Below, one piece after another: positions 25,908-34,403 of a stretch of DNA of 64,000 bases. Below the pieces are notes generated by a model. The model was not told the origin of the DNA. It saw only the letters and a list, made by a program, of their open reading frames with translations, and searched no databases. Position 1 is the first letter of the stretch, and each line of letters begins with the position of its first letter. Both the position numbers and the translations under genes were made by a program. The stretch is from a phage. Location of the stretch: NCBI GenBank assembly GCA_017864995.1, contig GCA_017864995.1_4097.1, one strand, 5' to 3'.

Positions 25908-26152
25908 CAAAAAAGAATAAAAAAAGGGATTGACTCCGGTCAGTCCCTTTGCTATTATATACGCATAGACAAAAACTAGCCCACAGGGTGCATAGGTGTA
26001 TCCAAAATATATAGTTAATAACGGTGAGTAACTATCTGCTGGTGGAGTGAAAACTATTAATAAAAAAGTATTGACAAAGTATATCAGTACTGCGATAATG
26101 TATCTCGTAGGGCGGCAATGGTGCGACGGCCCACAAAGTTAGGAGATTCACC

Positions 26153-26488
26153 ATGAGTACTTCAATCGCTATCGTTAAAGCTTTCATCCGTACCAATGAT
26201 TCATCTGTATACTGCGACGGCCTTGATCGTAAAGTATCATTCTCATTCATTGTCGCACAAACGGCTGACGGTTCTCGGTATATCCTTAACGATAGCGAAG
26301 TAAATCATTACTACTTCACTAAAGCTACTGGCTTTAAACGCATCGATGCTGATGTAGTATACGCTAAGATGAATAAGCTGGTAGATAAGATTAACGCTAA
26401 AGGGACTATCGATTTACTGTACTGGACCGAAACCGATCCAGAATACGGCTCTCACCGTTACCTGAATCCAGGTATTAAAATGAAATAG
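26153..26488 (+). CDS. hypothetical protein (111 aa)
   Basis: MSTSIAIVKAF; RBS AGGAGA. Confidence 0.55.
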   Translation: MSTSIAIVKAFIRTNDSSVYCDGLDRKVSFSFIVAQTADGSRYILNDSEVNHYYFTKATGFKRIDADVVYAKMNKLVDKINAKGTIDLLYWTETDPEYGSHRYLNPGIKMK

Positions 26489-26573
26489 TACTTGCATAGT
26501 ACTTAGATTCATGTATAATGTTTTACATAGAGAGGGGGAAATGGTTCTCCCTCCTAAATTAAGGAGTTTTATC

Positions 26574-26975
26574 ATGACCTTCTCAATCACTTCCTTCGCT
26601 GACGTTTTAGTACTGGCCCGGACTTTTGGTAAAGCTGGCCTTGAACACGCTGTAAGTAATGGTCATATGCACCCTGAATATTGCCGCATCATTGGAAGCT
26701 GCAAACGTTGGGCAGTGTCCCGTAATATTGAGATTGAAAACTTCAATGACGGCAACAACGAATATACAGTTGATGCAGTATTCGAAGCCGTTGATCTCGG
26801 CGGTATCTATAACACTAACCTGAATGATGTGCGTATCGTTCGCACGGGGTTCGGTGCTTATGATGTATCTATCCGTGACGCTATGGACAAGGGATACATT
26901 AGCAAGGACCAGTTAGCTTACATCATGCAGCAAACTAAGGAGCGTAATGAAGCACGTACTATCTTAGGGTTGTAA
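26574..26975 (+). CDS. hypothetical protein (133 aa)
   Basis: start MTFSITSFADV after RBS AAGGAG; promoter plus hairpin upstream. Confidence 0.55.
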   Translation: MTFSITSFADVLVLARTFGKAGLEHAVSNGHMHPEYCRIIGSCKRWAVSRNIEIENFNDGNNEYTVDAVFEAVDLGGIYNTNLNDVRIVRTGFGAYDVSIRDAMDKGYISKDQLAYIMQQTKERNEARTILGL

Positions 26976-27033
26976 GCGTTACACATCATAGGCCGCTCTC
27001 TAGCGGCCTTAACTATATCAGGAGTACATACAC

Positions 27034-27243
27034 ATGATCTATACAGTATATAGCGTTCTAGGCACTATTACAGGCGTACATGATAACGTCGATGGTGCTA
27101 TGCGTACAGTACTGCAACAGGTTCCACTAAAGCCTAAGACCATTAAGCAGATGACAGCACGACTAACCAGGGCGACGGCTGGCGTGGAAGTATGGCAGGA
27201 CTATGGGGATACACAGATAATCGTAAGCGTAACGAAGGATTAA
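27034..27243 (+). CDS. hypothetical protein (69 aa)
   Basis: MIYTVYSVLGTI; RBS CAGGAG. Confidence 0.5.
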   Translation: MIYTVYSVLGTITGVHDNVDGAMRTVLQQVPLKPKTIKQMTARLTRATAGVEVWQDYGDTQIIVSVTKD

Positions 27244-27271
27244 TGCGTAAAGGGATTTAGTACTGAATCAT

Positions 27272-27335
27272 AAAAAAGTCAAGGCATTTTTAAACTTCAG
27301 CGTTAAAAAAATGCATAGGTAATCCCTTGACTTTT
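27272..27335. repeat. nested inverted repeat (large palindrome)
   Basis: AAAAAGTCAAGG..GCATTTTTAAAC-ttcagc-GTTAAAAAAATGC..CCTTGACTTTT. Confidence 0.45.
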
Positions 27336-27434
27336 ATGAATAAAAAGGGATTGGACTATGGCAAAATGCGTAGGGGGCTAAAGGGCGGGTAACCTTAGCG
27401 ACTTCGATAAAGGGGTATTACTAATAAAATGTTA

Positions 27435-27462
27435 TTGACTTTTTATACGAATCGTATATTAT
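27435..27462 (+). promoter_or_regulatory. promoter TTGACT-16-TATTAT for Fam2 array
   Basis: only clear promoter between 27250 and the first Fam2 gene. Confidence 0.5.
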
Positions 27463-27492
27463 AGGATTGATATTATTTTTAATGGAGTCCCT

Positions 27493-27690
27493 ATGCGTAT
27501 TTTAACTCAAGAAGAGCACAACCACACACTCATATCCAACATGGCATATATCCTACATATGTCACATATCCGTGGTATTGCATATAAGCGTGAATTGGTT
27601 ATGAAACTTTTCATAGGAACTAACTATCAAGAAAAGTATATCGAACTATACTTACAAGAATTACGAAGGGACATAAAAGGTAGACTATGA
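27493..27690 (+). CDS. Fam2 small protein
   Basis: motif FIGTNYQEKYI; first of tandem array. Confidence 0.55.
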   Translation: MRILTQEEHNHTLISNMAYILHMSHIRGIAYKRELVMKLFIGTNYQEKYIELYLQELRRDIKGRL

Positions 27691-27881
27691 TAATTTTAAA
27701 TAAAGAAGAATATCAAGAACTGTTACGTAAAAACTACGTAAAGATTTACAATACAGACACACACGTAGAACGAATGGAGTTATACCTTTTGATTACTTTG
27801 GGAACTAACTATCAGGAAAGATGGGTGATTCAATATATGGATACATTGAAAAATAAAATATTGTCCACGAGGAAACAATGA
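27687..27881 (+). CDS. Fam2 small protein
   Basis: ITLGTNYQERWV; ATGA overlap. Confidence 0.55.
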   Translation: MIILNKEEYQELLRKNYVKIYNTDTHVERMELYLLITLGTNYQERWVIQYMDTLKNKILSTRKQ

Positions 27882-28087
27882 AAACTATAACACGAACCCA
27901 ATCATTCGGTCTTATCTTGAAATACATGGACTTAATGTTTGATATCAGCAAAGACCTTTCTAAAACTGAAATCCAAGTTGCAAGAGCAGAGATCCGCATG
28001 TTGGCTGTACTGAACACAAACCATCAGGAAGAGTATGTTGACGATTGGATTCATTTTTTAATAGAAGATATTAAGAGTAAACTATGA
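27878..28087 (+). CDS. Fam2 small protein
   Basis: AVLNTNHQEEYV. Confidence 0.55.
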   Translation: MKTITRTQSFGLILKYMDLMFDISKDLSKTEIQVARAEIRMLAVLNTNHQEEYVDDWIHFLIEDIKSKL

Positions 28088-28296
28088 TTTTTTTAACACC
28101 AGAAGAATATAAGATACGTTTTGTTTCTGTCCAGAATAAAATCTTAATTATATACAATTCAAATGCAGACCTTAACTTATCAAGGGTATTAGAAAAAGAT
28201 TTACTTATGGGTGCATTTTTGGATACAGACTTTCAGGAGTATTATGTAGGGGAATACTTAATTGCACTCCAGAATTACATTAAGAGTAAACTATGA
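28084..28296 (+). CDS. Fam2 small protein
   Basis: GAFLDTDFQEYYV. Confidence 0.55.
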   Translation: MIFLTPEEYKIRFVSVQNKILIIYNSNADLNLSRVLEKDLLMGAFLDTDFQEYYVGEYLIALQNYIKSKL

Positions 28297-28505
28297 ATAG
28301 CATTAACTCAAATCTATATACCGAACGCGTCGCTGCAAGACAACTTGAAATTCTCATAGTATATGAAGAGACTGATGATTTAAACTTAGCATTAGTATTG
28401 GAAAATGATATACTATTGGGTGCATTCCTCGGCACAGATTATCAGGAGCACTTCTTGAATGAGTATATAATTGCACTCCAGAAATACATTAAGAGCAAAC
28501 TATGA
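28293..28505 (+). CDS. Fam2 small protein
   Basis: GAFLGTDYQEHFL; close paralog of 28084. Confidence 0.55.
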   Translation: MNSINSNLYTERVAARQLEILIVYEETDDLNLALVLENDILLGAFLGTDYQEHFLNEYIIALQKYIKSKL

Positions 28506-28720
28506 AACATTTAAGTAATTCCGAGAAGAATAAAATTATCATTGCTGCAATAAACAAATATTTTACACTTCCTCACACAGAAGGTTTATGTGTAAGGGAA
28601 CACAGGATAAACACCACCGATATACGCATGATGGCTGTACTGGGGACGAACTTTCAGGAAGAGTATGTTGTTGCACACATAGTTGCCCTCACTGATCTAA
28701 TAAGGGACAAATGTAAATGA
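28502..28720 (+). CDS. Fam2 small protein
   Basis: AVLGTNFQEEYV. Confidence 0.55.
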   Translation: MKHLSNSEKNKIIIAAINKYFTLPHTEGLCVREHRINTTDIRMMAVLGTNFQEEYVVAHIVALTDLIRDKCK

Positions 28721-28974
28721 AACACTTAACTGATGATGAATTTGAAACTATAATTCGTAAACTAACCCCCATCACAAGGATAGTCTACGGTGACCCCAGC
28801 CTTACATGGAACCAAATGCGAGCTAAAGTTAATGAGCTATGGTTGCTGTACTTTATGGGGACTCAATATCAAGATAAGTTTTGCACAGAATATATCGAAC
28901 AATTAACGAATGTTATACAGGATAAACTAGATGATTATTTGCTCACAAAACATGAAGACTTTATCAGGAGTTGA
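28717..28974 (+). CDS. Fam2 small protein
   Basis: YFMGTQYQDKFC. Confidence 0.55.
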   Translation: MKHLTDDEFETIIRKLTPITRIVYGDPSLTWNQMRAKVNELWLLYFMGTQYQDKFCTEYIEQLTNVIQDKLDDYLLTKHEDFIRS

Positions 28975-29203
28975 GTATCAAACTGCCCTATTCTCTTTAA
29001 TCCATGCCCTTAGAAAAAACAATGCCTTATATGGTGCACCTGAAGTGGATGTTATCAACGGTGAACTTTATCTTATGAAATTCATTGGAACAAACTATCA
29101 AGATCTGTTCATTCAACGATACTTATCAGCATTAAGAAACCAAATCCAATATAAAACCATCAAGGCAAAAAAAGAATGGAATAAACAATGCGACACAGAC
29201 TAA
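28931..29203 (+). CDS. Fam2 small protein
   Basis: KFIGTNYQDLFI; alternative start at 28952. Confidence 0.5.
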   Translation: MIICSQNMKTLSGVEYQTALFSLIHALRKNNALYGAPEVDVINGELYLMKFIGTNYQDLFIQRYLSALRNQIQYKTIKAKKEWNKQCDTD

Positions 29204-29439
29204 ATCACAAAATGTATTGTAAACTATTGCAGACACTGGCACAGAAACACTATGACACGGTATCTGGAATATTACCCTATGATATCATGCGTTTACTTCA
29301 CTGTGAGGCCGAGATGCTTGTACTGATGACAGGCACAGATAAAAAAGCAATTGCCAAATCAATAGATATGTTCATCGAAGCACAATGTCAACACATTAGA
29401 ACCGAGATATGGAGGCGAGAGAATGATAACACTAAATGA
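29188..29439 (+). CDS. Fam2-like small protein (degenerate motif)
   Basis: LMTGTDKKAI in motif position. Confidence 0.45.
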   Translation: MRHRLNHKMYCKLLQTLAQKHYDTVSGILPYDIMRLLHCEAEMLVLMTGTDKKAIAKSIDMFIEAQCQHIRTEIWRRENDNTK

Positions 29440-29638
29440 GTATCAGTATCATTGGAGGTTACAAGCTATAAGAAGGAAAGTTGTTAGTATTTCTTTAGAC
29501 AAGTCTATTGCACAAGAGGACAAATGTGTTATAATAGCTGAAATGAAGTTGGGTGCTTTCGTAGGAACAAACTATCAAAACATCTACACTGACGTATTGT
29601 TAAGTGCCTTACGTAACAAGGTGATATCAAAAGAATGA
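29423..29638 (+). CDS. Fam2 small protein
   Basis: AFVGTNYQNIYT. Confidence 0.55.
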   Translation: MITLNEYQYHWRLQAIRRKVVSISLDKSIAQEDKCVIIAEMKLGAFVGTNYQNIYTDVLLSALRNKVISKE

Positions 29639-29853
29639 GAAAATTACAAGGCTTTGAATACATCAGACTCCTGAAAACATGTGCCAACAGAAGAGTAAAG
29701 ATTCAATCTGATAAGAGCATCCCTGCCAACCTAAAACATGCATTGATAGCTGAACTCTATGCAGGGGCACTCATAGGGACAAACTATCAACAAATGTATA
29801 TAGACATGTGGGTTGATGCATTAGTCAAGGAGGTCAAAAGTAAATGCAAATGA
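29635..29853 (+). CDS. Fam2 small protein
   Basis: ALIGTNYQQMYI. Confidence 0.55.
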   Translation: MRKLQGFEYIRLLKTCANRRVKIQSDKSIPANLKHALIAELYAGALIGTNYQQMYIDMWVDALVKEVKSKCK

Positions 29854-30062
29854 TTAATTTAAGTAAAGATGAATATTATGAACGTCTTGCAAAAACTTAT
29901 CCAGCACGTAACGCCGTTTATAATAGTAACATTATTGAACGCTCAAAGAAGTTGATTGTAGTAAATGAGATTAAGATGCTTTCAGTCTTAGGAACAAACT
30001 ATCAAGAGAATGCTGTACTGTTGTTAATTGATGCCCTCAAGAGAGAGATACAAAGTAAATGA
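29844..30062 (+). CDS. Fam2 small protein
   Basis: SVLGTNYQENAV; N-term MQMINLSKDEY. Confidence 0.55.
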   Translation: MQMINLSKDEYYERLAKTYPARNAVYNSNIIERSKKLIVVNEIKMLSVLGTNYQENAVLLLIDALKREIQSK

Positions 30063-30307
30063 TTAATTTATCTTTCCATGAATATCAAAAACGTTTAAAT
30101 GCATCAAGGGATATAAGGATTCAAATCTTTAATAACAAAAGATTGAAACCTGACACCAGAAGAATCAAAATAATAGAAGCAGAGTTATGCAACTTCCTGG
30201 GGACGAACCATCAGGAAGGTAAGATAAAAAACTATCTTAGAGAACTCATGATTTGTATCGAAAATAAATGTGAGGTTGATGAACATGCAAATGATCAATT
30301 TAAGTAA
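30059..30307 (+). CDS. Fam2 small protein
   Basis: NFLGTNHQEGKI. Confidence 0.55.
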   Translation: MINLSFHEYQKRLNASRDIRIQIFNNKRLKPDTRRIKIIEAELCNFLGTNHQEGKIKNYLRELMICIENKCEVDEHANDQFK

Positions 30308-30548
30308 AGATGAATATACCGAGCGTATGACAAAAATTACACACAAACGTAATACAATCTATCACGACCAAAAAATTCAACACAGTAAGAAAATGATTAT
30401 GATGCGTGAGTTAAAGATGGGTGTATTCTTGGGAACAAACTATCAAGAGCCAGAAGTAAATCGCTTAATCGCGGAGTTACTACTGGAAATCAGAGGTAAG
30501 CTGTACTTTCATCAAATGACCCAACCACTGAGGTGTACTGATCGATGA
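30285..30548 (+). CDS. Fam2 small protein
   Basis: VFLGTNYQEPEV; start MQMINLSKDEY as in 29844 gene (track 30270). Confidence 0.5.
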   Translation: MQMINLSKDEYTERMTKITHKRNTIYHDQKIQHSKKMIMMRELKMGVFLGTNYQEPEVNRLIAELLLEIRGKLYFHQMTQPLRCTDR

Positions 30549-30796
30549 ATGCGATGAATAAAATTAATAACATCAGAATAGCAGAAAGATTTGATAGACT
30601 TGGGGAAGCTCTGAGACGATACGATAAGGAATATGGTCATTTGAGCTTTTCTATAGAAAAGAGATATGAACTTGAAGCAGAGTTTAAAATGCAGTTCCTT
30701 TTAGGTACACAGTATCAAAACCAATATGTAGAAAAATGGATTTCACTTTTAATCCAGACAATTTACGTAAGGAACATTAAATGCAAAATGAAATGA
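30545..30796 (+). CDS. Fam2 small protein
   Basis: FLLGTQYQNQYV. Confidence 0.55.
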   Translation: MNAMNKINNIRIAERFDRLGEALRRYDKEYGHLSFSIEKRYELEAEFKMQFLLGTQYQNQYVEKWISLLIQTIYVRNIKCKMK

Positions 30797-31017
30797 TATA
30801 CTTAACACATGATGAGTTAACAGAAAGACTAGATAAATCCAAAAAACTTACAAAATATCTTCCACACAACCCAAACCAAACCCCAGCAGAAAGGAGTGCA
30901 GAAGTTTTATTTCATCAACTATCATACCTTCTTGGAACTGATAGACAAGAGTATCACATTGAACGTATAATTAAATATCTTAAAATTACTATTATGGAAA
31001 AAGTAAATGCAAAGTGA
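30781..31017 (+). CDS. Fam2 small protein
   Basis: YLLGTDRQEYHI; N-term MQNEMIYLTHDE. Confidence 0.55.
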   Translation: MQNEMIYLTHDELTERLDKSKKLTKYLPHNPNQTPAERSAEVLFHQLSYLLGTDRQEYHIERIIKYLKITIMEKVNAK

Positions 31018-31237
31018 AATGATATACTTAACGAATGAAGAATTTCAAGAGAAGATGTTAAAAGCCAATAACATTACTCTTAAGTTCGTTCCAAATCAAT
31101 CAATATATGAAATGTCTGCGAATGTATTGTTTCAGAAGCTACCATACGTTCTTGGAACTGATAAACAAGAATTTATGGTTCAAAATATGATTGAACATCT
31201 TGTAATGAGTATTAAGGAAAAAGTAAATGCAAAATGA
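31007..31237 (+). CDS. Fam2 small protein
   Basis: YVLGTDKQEFMV; N-term MQSEMIYLTNEE. Confidence 0.55.
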   Translation: MQSEMIYLTNEEFQEKMLKANNITLKFVPNQSIYEMSANVLFQKLPYVLGTDKQEFMVQNMIEHLVMSIKEKVNAK

Positions 31238-31484
31238 AATGAAATACTTAACAGACGATGAGTTAAAAGAACGATTAATTAAATCCAGAAAACTTACAAA
31301 TCAACTTCCAAACGACACAAACAAGTCACATGCCGAAAGGAGTGCAGAAGTTTTATACATTCAACTCCTGTACTTTCTTGGAACTGACAGACAAGAGTAT
31401 TACATTGAAAGTATGCTTCGATATCTTAAATTCTCTATAAAGGAAAAGATACATGCTCAAGAATTTAAAAATCCTAACAGTTAA
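31227..31484 (+). CDS. Fam2 small protein
   Basis: YFLGTDRQEYYI; N-term MQNEMKYLTDDE. Confidence 0.55.
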   Translation: MQNEMKYLTDDELKERLIKSRKLTNQLPNDTNKSHAERSAEVLYIQLLYFLGTDRQEYYIESMLRYLKFSIKEKIHAQEFKNPNS

Positions 31485-31695
31485 TGAATATCATAAGATT
31501 GTAATGAAAACTAATAGTGCAATTTCTAAAAAATCAAACCCAAAGTACATACTGGAACACACATTTGAAGAACGTCAATTAGCTTTAGTTGAAGCAAAAC
31601 TTCTTGCACTCCTAGGAACAAACTACCAAGAAGAATACATCAGAAAACTAATATACCTTTTAACTAAACACATCAGGAAAAGAAAAAAAGCATGA
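31453..31695 (+). CDS. Fam2 small protein
   Basis: ALLGTNYQEEYI. Confidence 0.55.
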   Translation: MLKNLKILTVNEYHKIVMKTNSAISKKSNPKYILEHTFEERQLALVEAKLLALLGTNYQEEYIRKLIYLLTKHIRKRKKA

Positions 31696-31922
31696 AGCAC
31701 TTGACAGATGATGAACATGGGCTTATAGTAATGGATGTAATCAACATCGAATACAAAAAGTTGATACGCTACCGTTGTTATGAAGATAAGCAACTCGTTC
31801 TAGCAGAACAGAAGTTGTTTCGACTCTTAAACACAAACTTCCAAGCACAATACGAAGAATCGTATATGTACCTTTTGGCGAGGAAAGCAAAAAGAGATTA
31901 TGAAAATTTTAAACCACAGTGA
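31692..31922 (+). CDS. Fam2 small protein
   Basis: RLLNTNFQAQYE. Confidence 0.5.
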   Translation: MKHLTDDEHGLIVMDVINIEYKKLIRYRCYEDKQLVLAEQKLFRLLNTNFQAQYEESYMYLLARKAKRDYENFKPQ

Positions 31923-32115
31923 ACAAACAGAATTGTTAATCTTTAATACAAGTAAATTCTTAAACATAACATTGTCTGATATAGATGAGGATGAAAAAGA
32001 GTTACTTAGAGCAGATTTAAGAGTTCTTTTATATGTTGGAACTAACTTCCAAGAGCAATTCGTTGAGGACTACATCGATGAACTTAAAGAATCTGTACTG
32101 AGAACATGCAAATGA
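31900..32115 (+). CDS. Fam2 small protein
   Basis: LYVGTNFQEQFV. Confidence 0.55.
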   Translation: MKILNHSEQTELLIFNTSKFLNITLSDIDEDEKELLRADLRVLLYVGTNFQEQFVEDYIDELKESVLRTCK

Positions 32116-32321
32116 AAATCCTTTCACCAAGTGAATACCACGAACTATTAAGTAGTTTAATTCTAAAATTGTATATAGCAAAGACCACAGATTTACCTGA
32201 TGAAGAAAAAAATATTCTAATGAGTGAAATCTATGTTCAAGCTACCCTAGGGACTAACTATCAAGAATGTAATATTAATGATTACATCAAAGAACTAAAA
32301 AGGTTTATCCAATGCAAATGA
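32106..32321 (+). CDS. Fam2 small protein
   Basis: ATLGTNYQECNI. Confidence 0.55.
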   Translation: MQMKILSPSEYHELLSSLILKLYIAKTTDLPDEEKNILMSEIYVQATLGTNYQECNINDYIKELKRFIQCK

Positions 32322-32563
32322 AAATCATTACCGAAGCAGAATACCTAACAATCATAAATGGACTGTTTTCGAAGTTATTTGCCATTAACACATCAAAACT
32401 TCCAGATACTGATAAAATTATTAAGTTAAATGAAATCTACGTTCAAGCAACTCTAGGAACAAACTATCAAGAAGCCAATGTGTATAATTACATTAATACA
32501 CTCAAAAGGGTAATACAATTAAAATGCACAGACAGCACAAACAGCCAATACACAAACCCCTAG
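32312..32563 (+). CDS. Fam2 small protein
   Basis: ATLGTNYQEANV; close paralog of 32106. Confidence 0.55.
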   Translation: MQMKIITEAEYLTIINGLFSKLFAINTSKLPDTDKIIKLNEIYVQATLGTNYQEANVYNYINTLKRVIQLKCTDSTNSQYTNP

Positions 32564-32763
32564 GAACAGCAGAATACATTGAACTAATGGCTGCAAACTT
32601 CTCATCCTTTAAGAAACTGATGCAAGAATCAAATAATGATTTAGAATATCATATCAAAAGTTCAGATTTAAGATTACTACTCACTCTAGGAACAGACAGT
32701 CAGTACAAATTCGTACAGGAACATATTAGAGCACTTTTAAATGGCATCAGGGATAAACTATGA
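32524..32763 (+). CDS. Fam2 small protein
   Basis: LTLGTDSQYKFV. Confidence 0.5.
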   Translation: MHRQHKQPIHKPLGTAEYIELMAANFSSFKKLMQESNNDLEYHIKSSDLRLLLTLGTDSQYKFVQEHIRALLNGIRDKL

Positions 32764-32975
32764 AGGAAATATCAAATCAAGAGTACTTGGCACTATTCAG
32801 GAAGAATAATCACAAATATATGGCACTTGATTCAAGAACTGATATAAGTGAACTTGAAAAAAATCTTTTGCGTTCAGAGATGATAGTACTGACACTCTTA
32901 GGAACACAGCATCAAGAGAGAACTGTTAATTCACACATAGGTATTCTTATACAGATAGTACAGGAAAAGATATGA
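32760..32975 (+). CDS. Fam2 small protein
   Basis: LLGTQHQERTV. Confidence 0.55.
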   Translation: MKEISNQEYLALFRKNNHKYMALDSRTDISELEKNLLRSEMIVLTLLGTQHQERTVNSHIGILIQIVQEKI

Positions 32976-33193
32976 GAATCATAACACAACAAGATATTCT
33001 TAAGTTCACAAGGGTTCATGCATCTGAATTTGATGCTATATTATCAAAAAGTTACAACAACCCTTATACAGAAGATGTACACTACAATGAATTATGGATG
33101 TATATACTTTTAGGTACAGATCATCAAGAGCAAGCAGTACAGAAGTATTTGTTAGCTTTACGTGATGCTACTGCTAATGGAGTACGTGTTTAA
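32972..33193 (+). CDS. Fam2 small protein
   Basis: ILLGTDHQEQAV. Confidence 0.55.
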   Translation: MRIITQQDILKFTRVHASEFDAILSKSYNNPYTEDVHYNELWMYILLGTDHQEQAVQKYLLALRDATANGVRV

Positions 33194-33194
33194 T

Positions 33195-33446
33195 ATGAAA
33201 GTACTGACAGAACTAGAAATGTATCATAGATTTAATAAGTACTATCATTTACTTAAGCCTATACAGAGAATTAAATGTCCATTTGAAGAGAAACAGGTTT
33301 TAATCTATGAGCACAAGTTCTTTGTATCATTAGGTACAGATCAACAAGAGTACTATTTGACGTTGTACTTGATTACATTAATAGATTTCATTCACTATAA
33401 AACCACACAATCTAAACAAGCTAAGAAAGAGCAATATGAAAACTAA
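33195..33446 (+). CDS. Fam2 small protein
   Basis: VSLGTDQQEYYL; start MKVLTELEMY (track 33162). Confidence 0.5.
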   Translation: MKVLTELEMYHRFNKYYHLLKPIQRIKCPFEEKQVLIYEHKFFVSLGTDQQEYYLTLYLITLIDFIHYKTTQSKQAKKEQYEN

Positions 33447-33774
33447 TATAAAACTCAAGGTATATAAATCATTTGCAAGTACATACATCAAATGCCATAC
33501 ATGTAACTCTGTAATGGACTACAAAGGTAAGCCATTTGCACTTACTTATGATAATACAAGAGGTTTTTATATATCTTTTGCTGATTACAAATATAACATA
33601 TACGAACACATTGACATTGAAGATTTAAGTACTTTATCCGAAGAGGAATACTTTCAAGAATCATTAGTATGGGATTTGGAGTTTCCTATGCCATTAGTAC
33701 ATAAGATGATAGTACTAATAAAAGAAACTAAACCTGTACCTAATGGTTATGAAGAACACATTATTGAGTATTAA
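33436..33774 (+). CDS. Fam3 protein (E-E-x-Y-F-Q motif family)
   Basis: motif LSEEEYFQESLVWD; N-term MKTNIKLKVY. Confidence 0.6.
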   Translation: MKTNIKLKVYKSFASTYIKCHTCNSVMDYKGKPFALTYDNTRGFYISFADYKYNIYEHIDIEDLSTLSEEEYFQESLVWDLEFPMPLVHKMIVLIKETKPVPNGYEEHIIEY

Positions 33775-33788
33775 TATATAAGGTAACT

Positions 33789-34130
33789 ATGAAAACTAAT
33801 ATACAACTCAATGTATACAGTTCAGAAGAACATACATATATCAAATGTAGTCTATGTAAAGATGTAATGGACTACAAAGGTAAGCCATTCACAATTACCT
33901 ATGATTCTGATGTTAATGATTTATATATATCATTTCTTAATTACGAAAATAAAATATACAAGCACGTTGATATTAAAGATTTAAGTACTTTATCACCAGA
34001 GGAATACTTTCAGGAATCGTTAGTATGGGATTTGGAGTTTCCTATGTCATTAGTACATAAAATGGTAGTCCAAATGAAAGAAGCTAAACCAGAGTTTAAC
34101 GGTTATGAAGAACACACAATTGAGTATTAA
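33789..34130 (+). CDS. Fam3 protein
   Basis: SPEEYFQESLVWD; close paralog of 33436. Confidence 0.6.
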   Translation: MKTNIQLNVYSSEEHTYIKCSLCKDVMDYKGKPFTITYDSDVNDLYISFLNYENKIYKHVDIKDLSTLSPEEYFQESLVWDLEFPMSLVHKMVVQMKEAKPEFNGYEEHTIEY

Positions 34131-34133
34131 ACC

Positions 34134-34349
34134 ATGAAAAGATTATCATACGAAGATTATCGCAAGATTCGCGGTATGTTGCGACCAGAAATTCAAAGAA
34201 TTAATTCACTTCCTATATCTAATGCAGAATGTTCAGTACTGAAAGATGAGTTAATATTAAAACACACAGTAGGAACTAACTATCAAGCTGATAGTGTTCG
34301 ATATCTAATTTGGGGATTAATATGCATAATAAAGTCCAGACAAGCTTGA
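34134..34349 (+). CDS. Fam2 small protein (dispersed copy)
   Basis: HTVGTNYQADSV. Confidence 0.5.
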   Translation: MKRLSYEDYRKIRGMLRPEIQRINSLPISNAECSVLKDELILKHTVGTNYQADSVRYLIWGLICIIKSRQA

Positions 34350-34374
34350 CAGTACTTTTCATTACTGATATAGT
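34346..34374 (+). promoter_or_regulatory. promoter TTGACA-17-TGaTATAGT
   Basis: extended -10; upstream of 34404 ORF. Confidence 0.5.
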
Positions 34375-34403
34375 ACCTGTACGTTAATCATGGGGTAAAA
34401 ATT

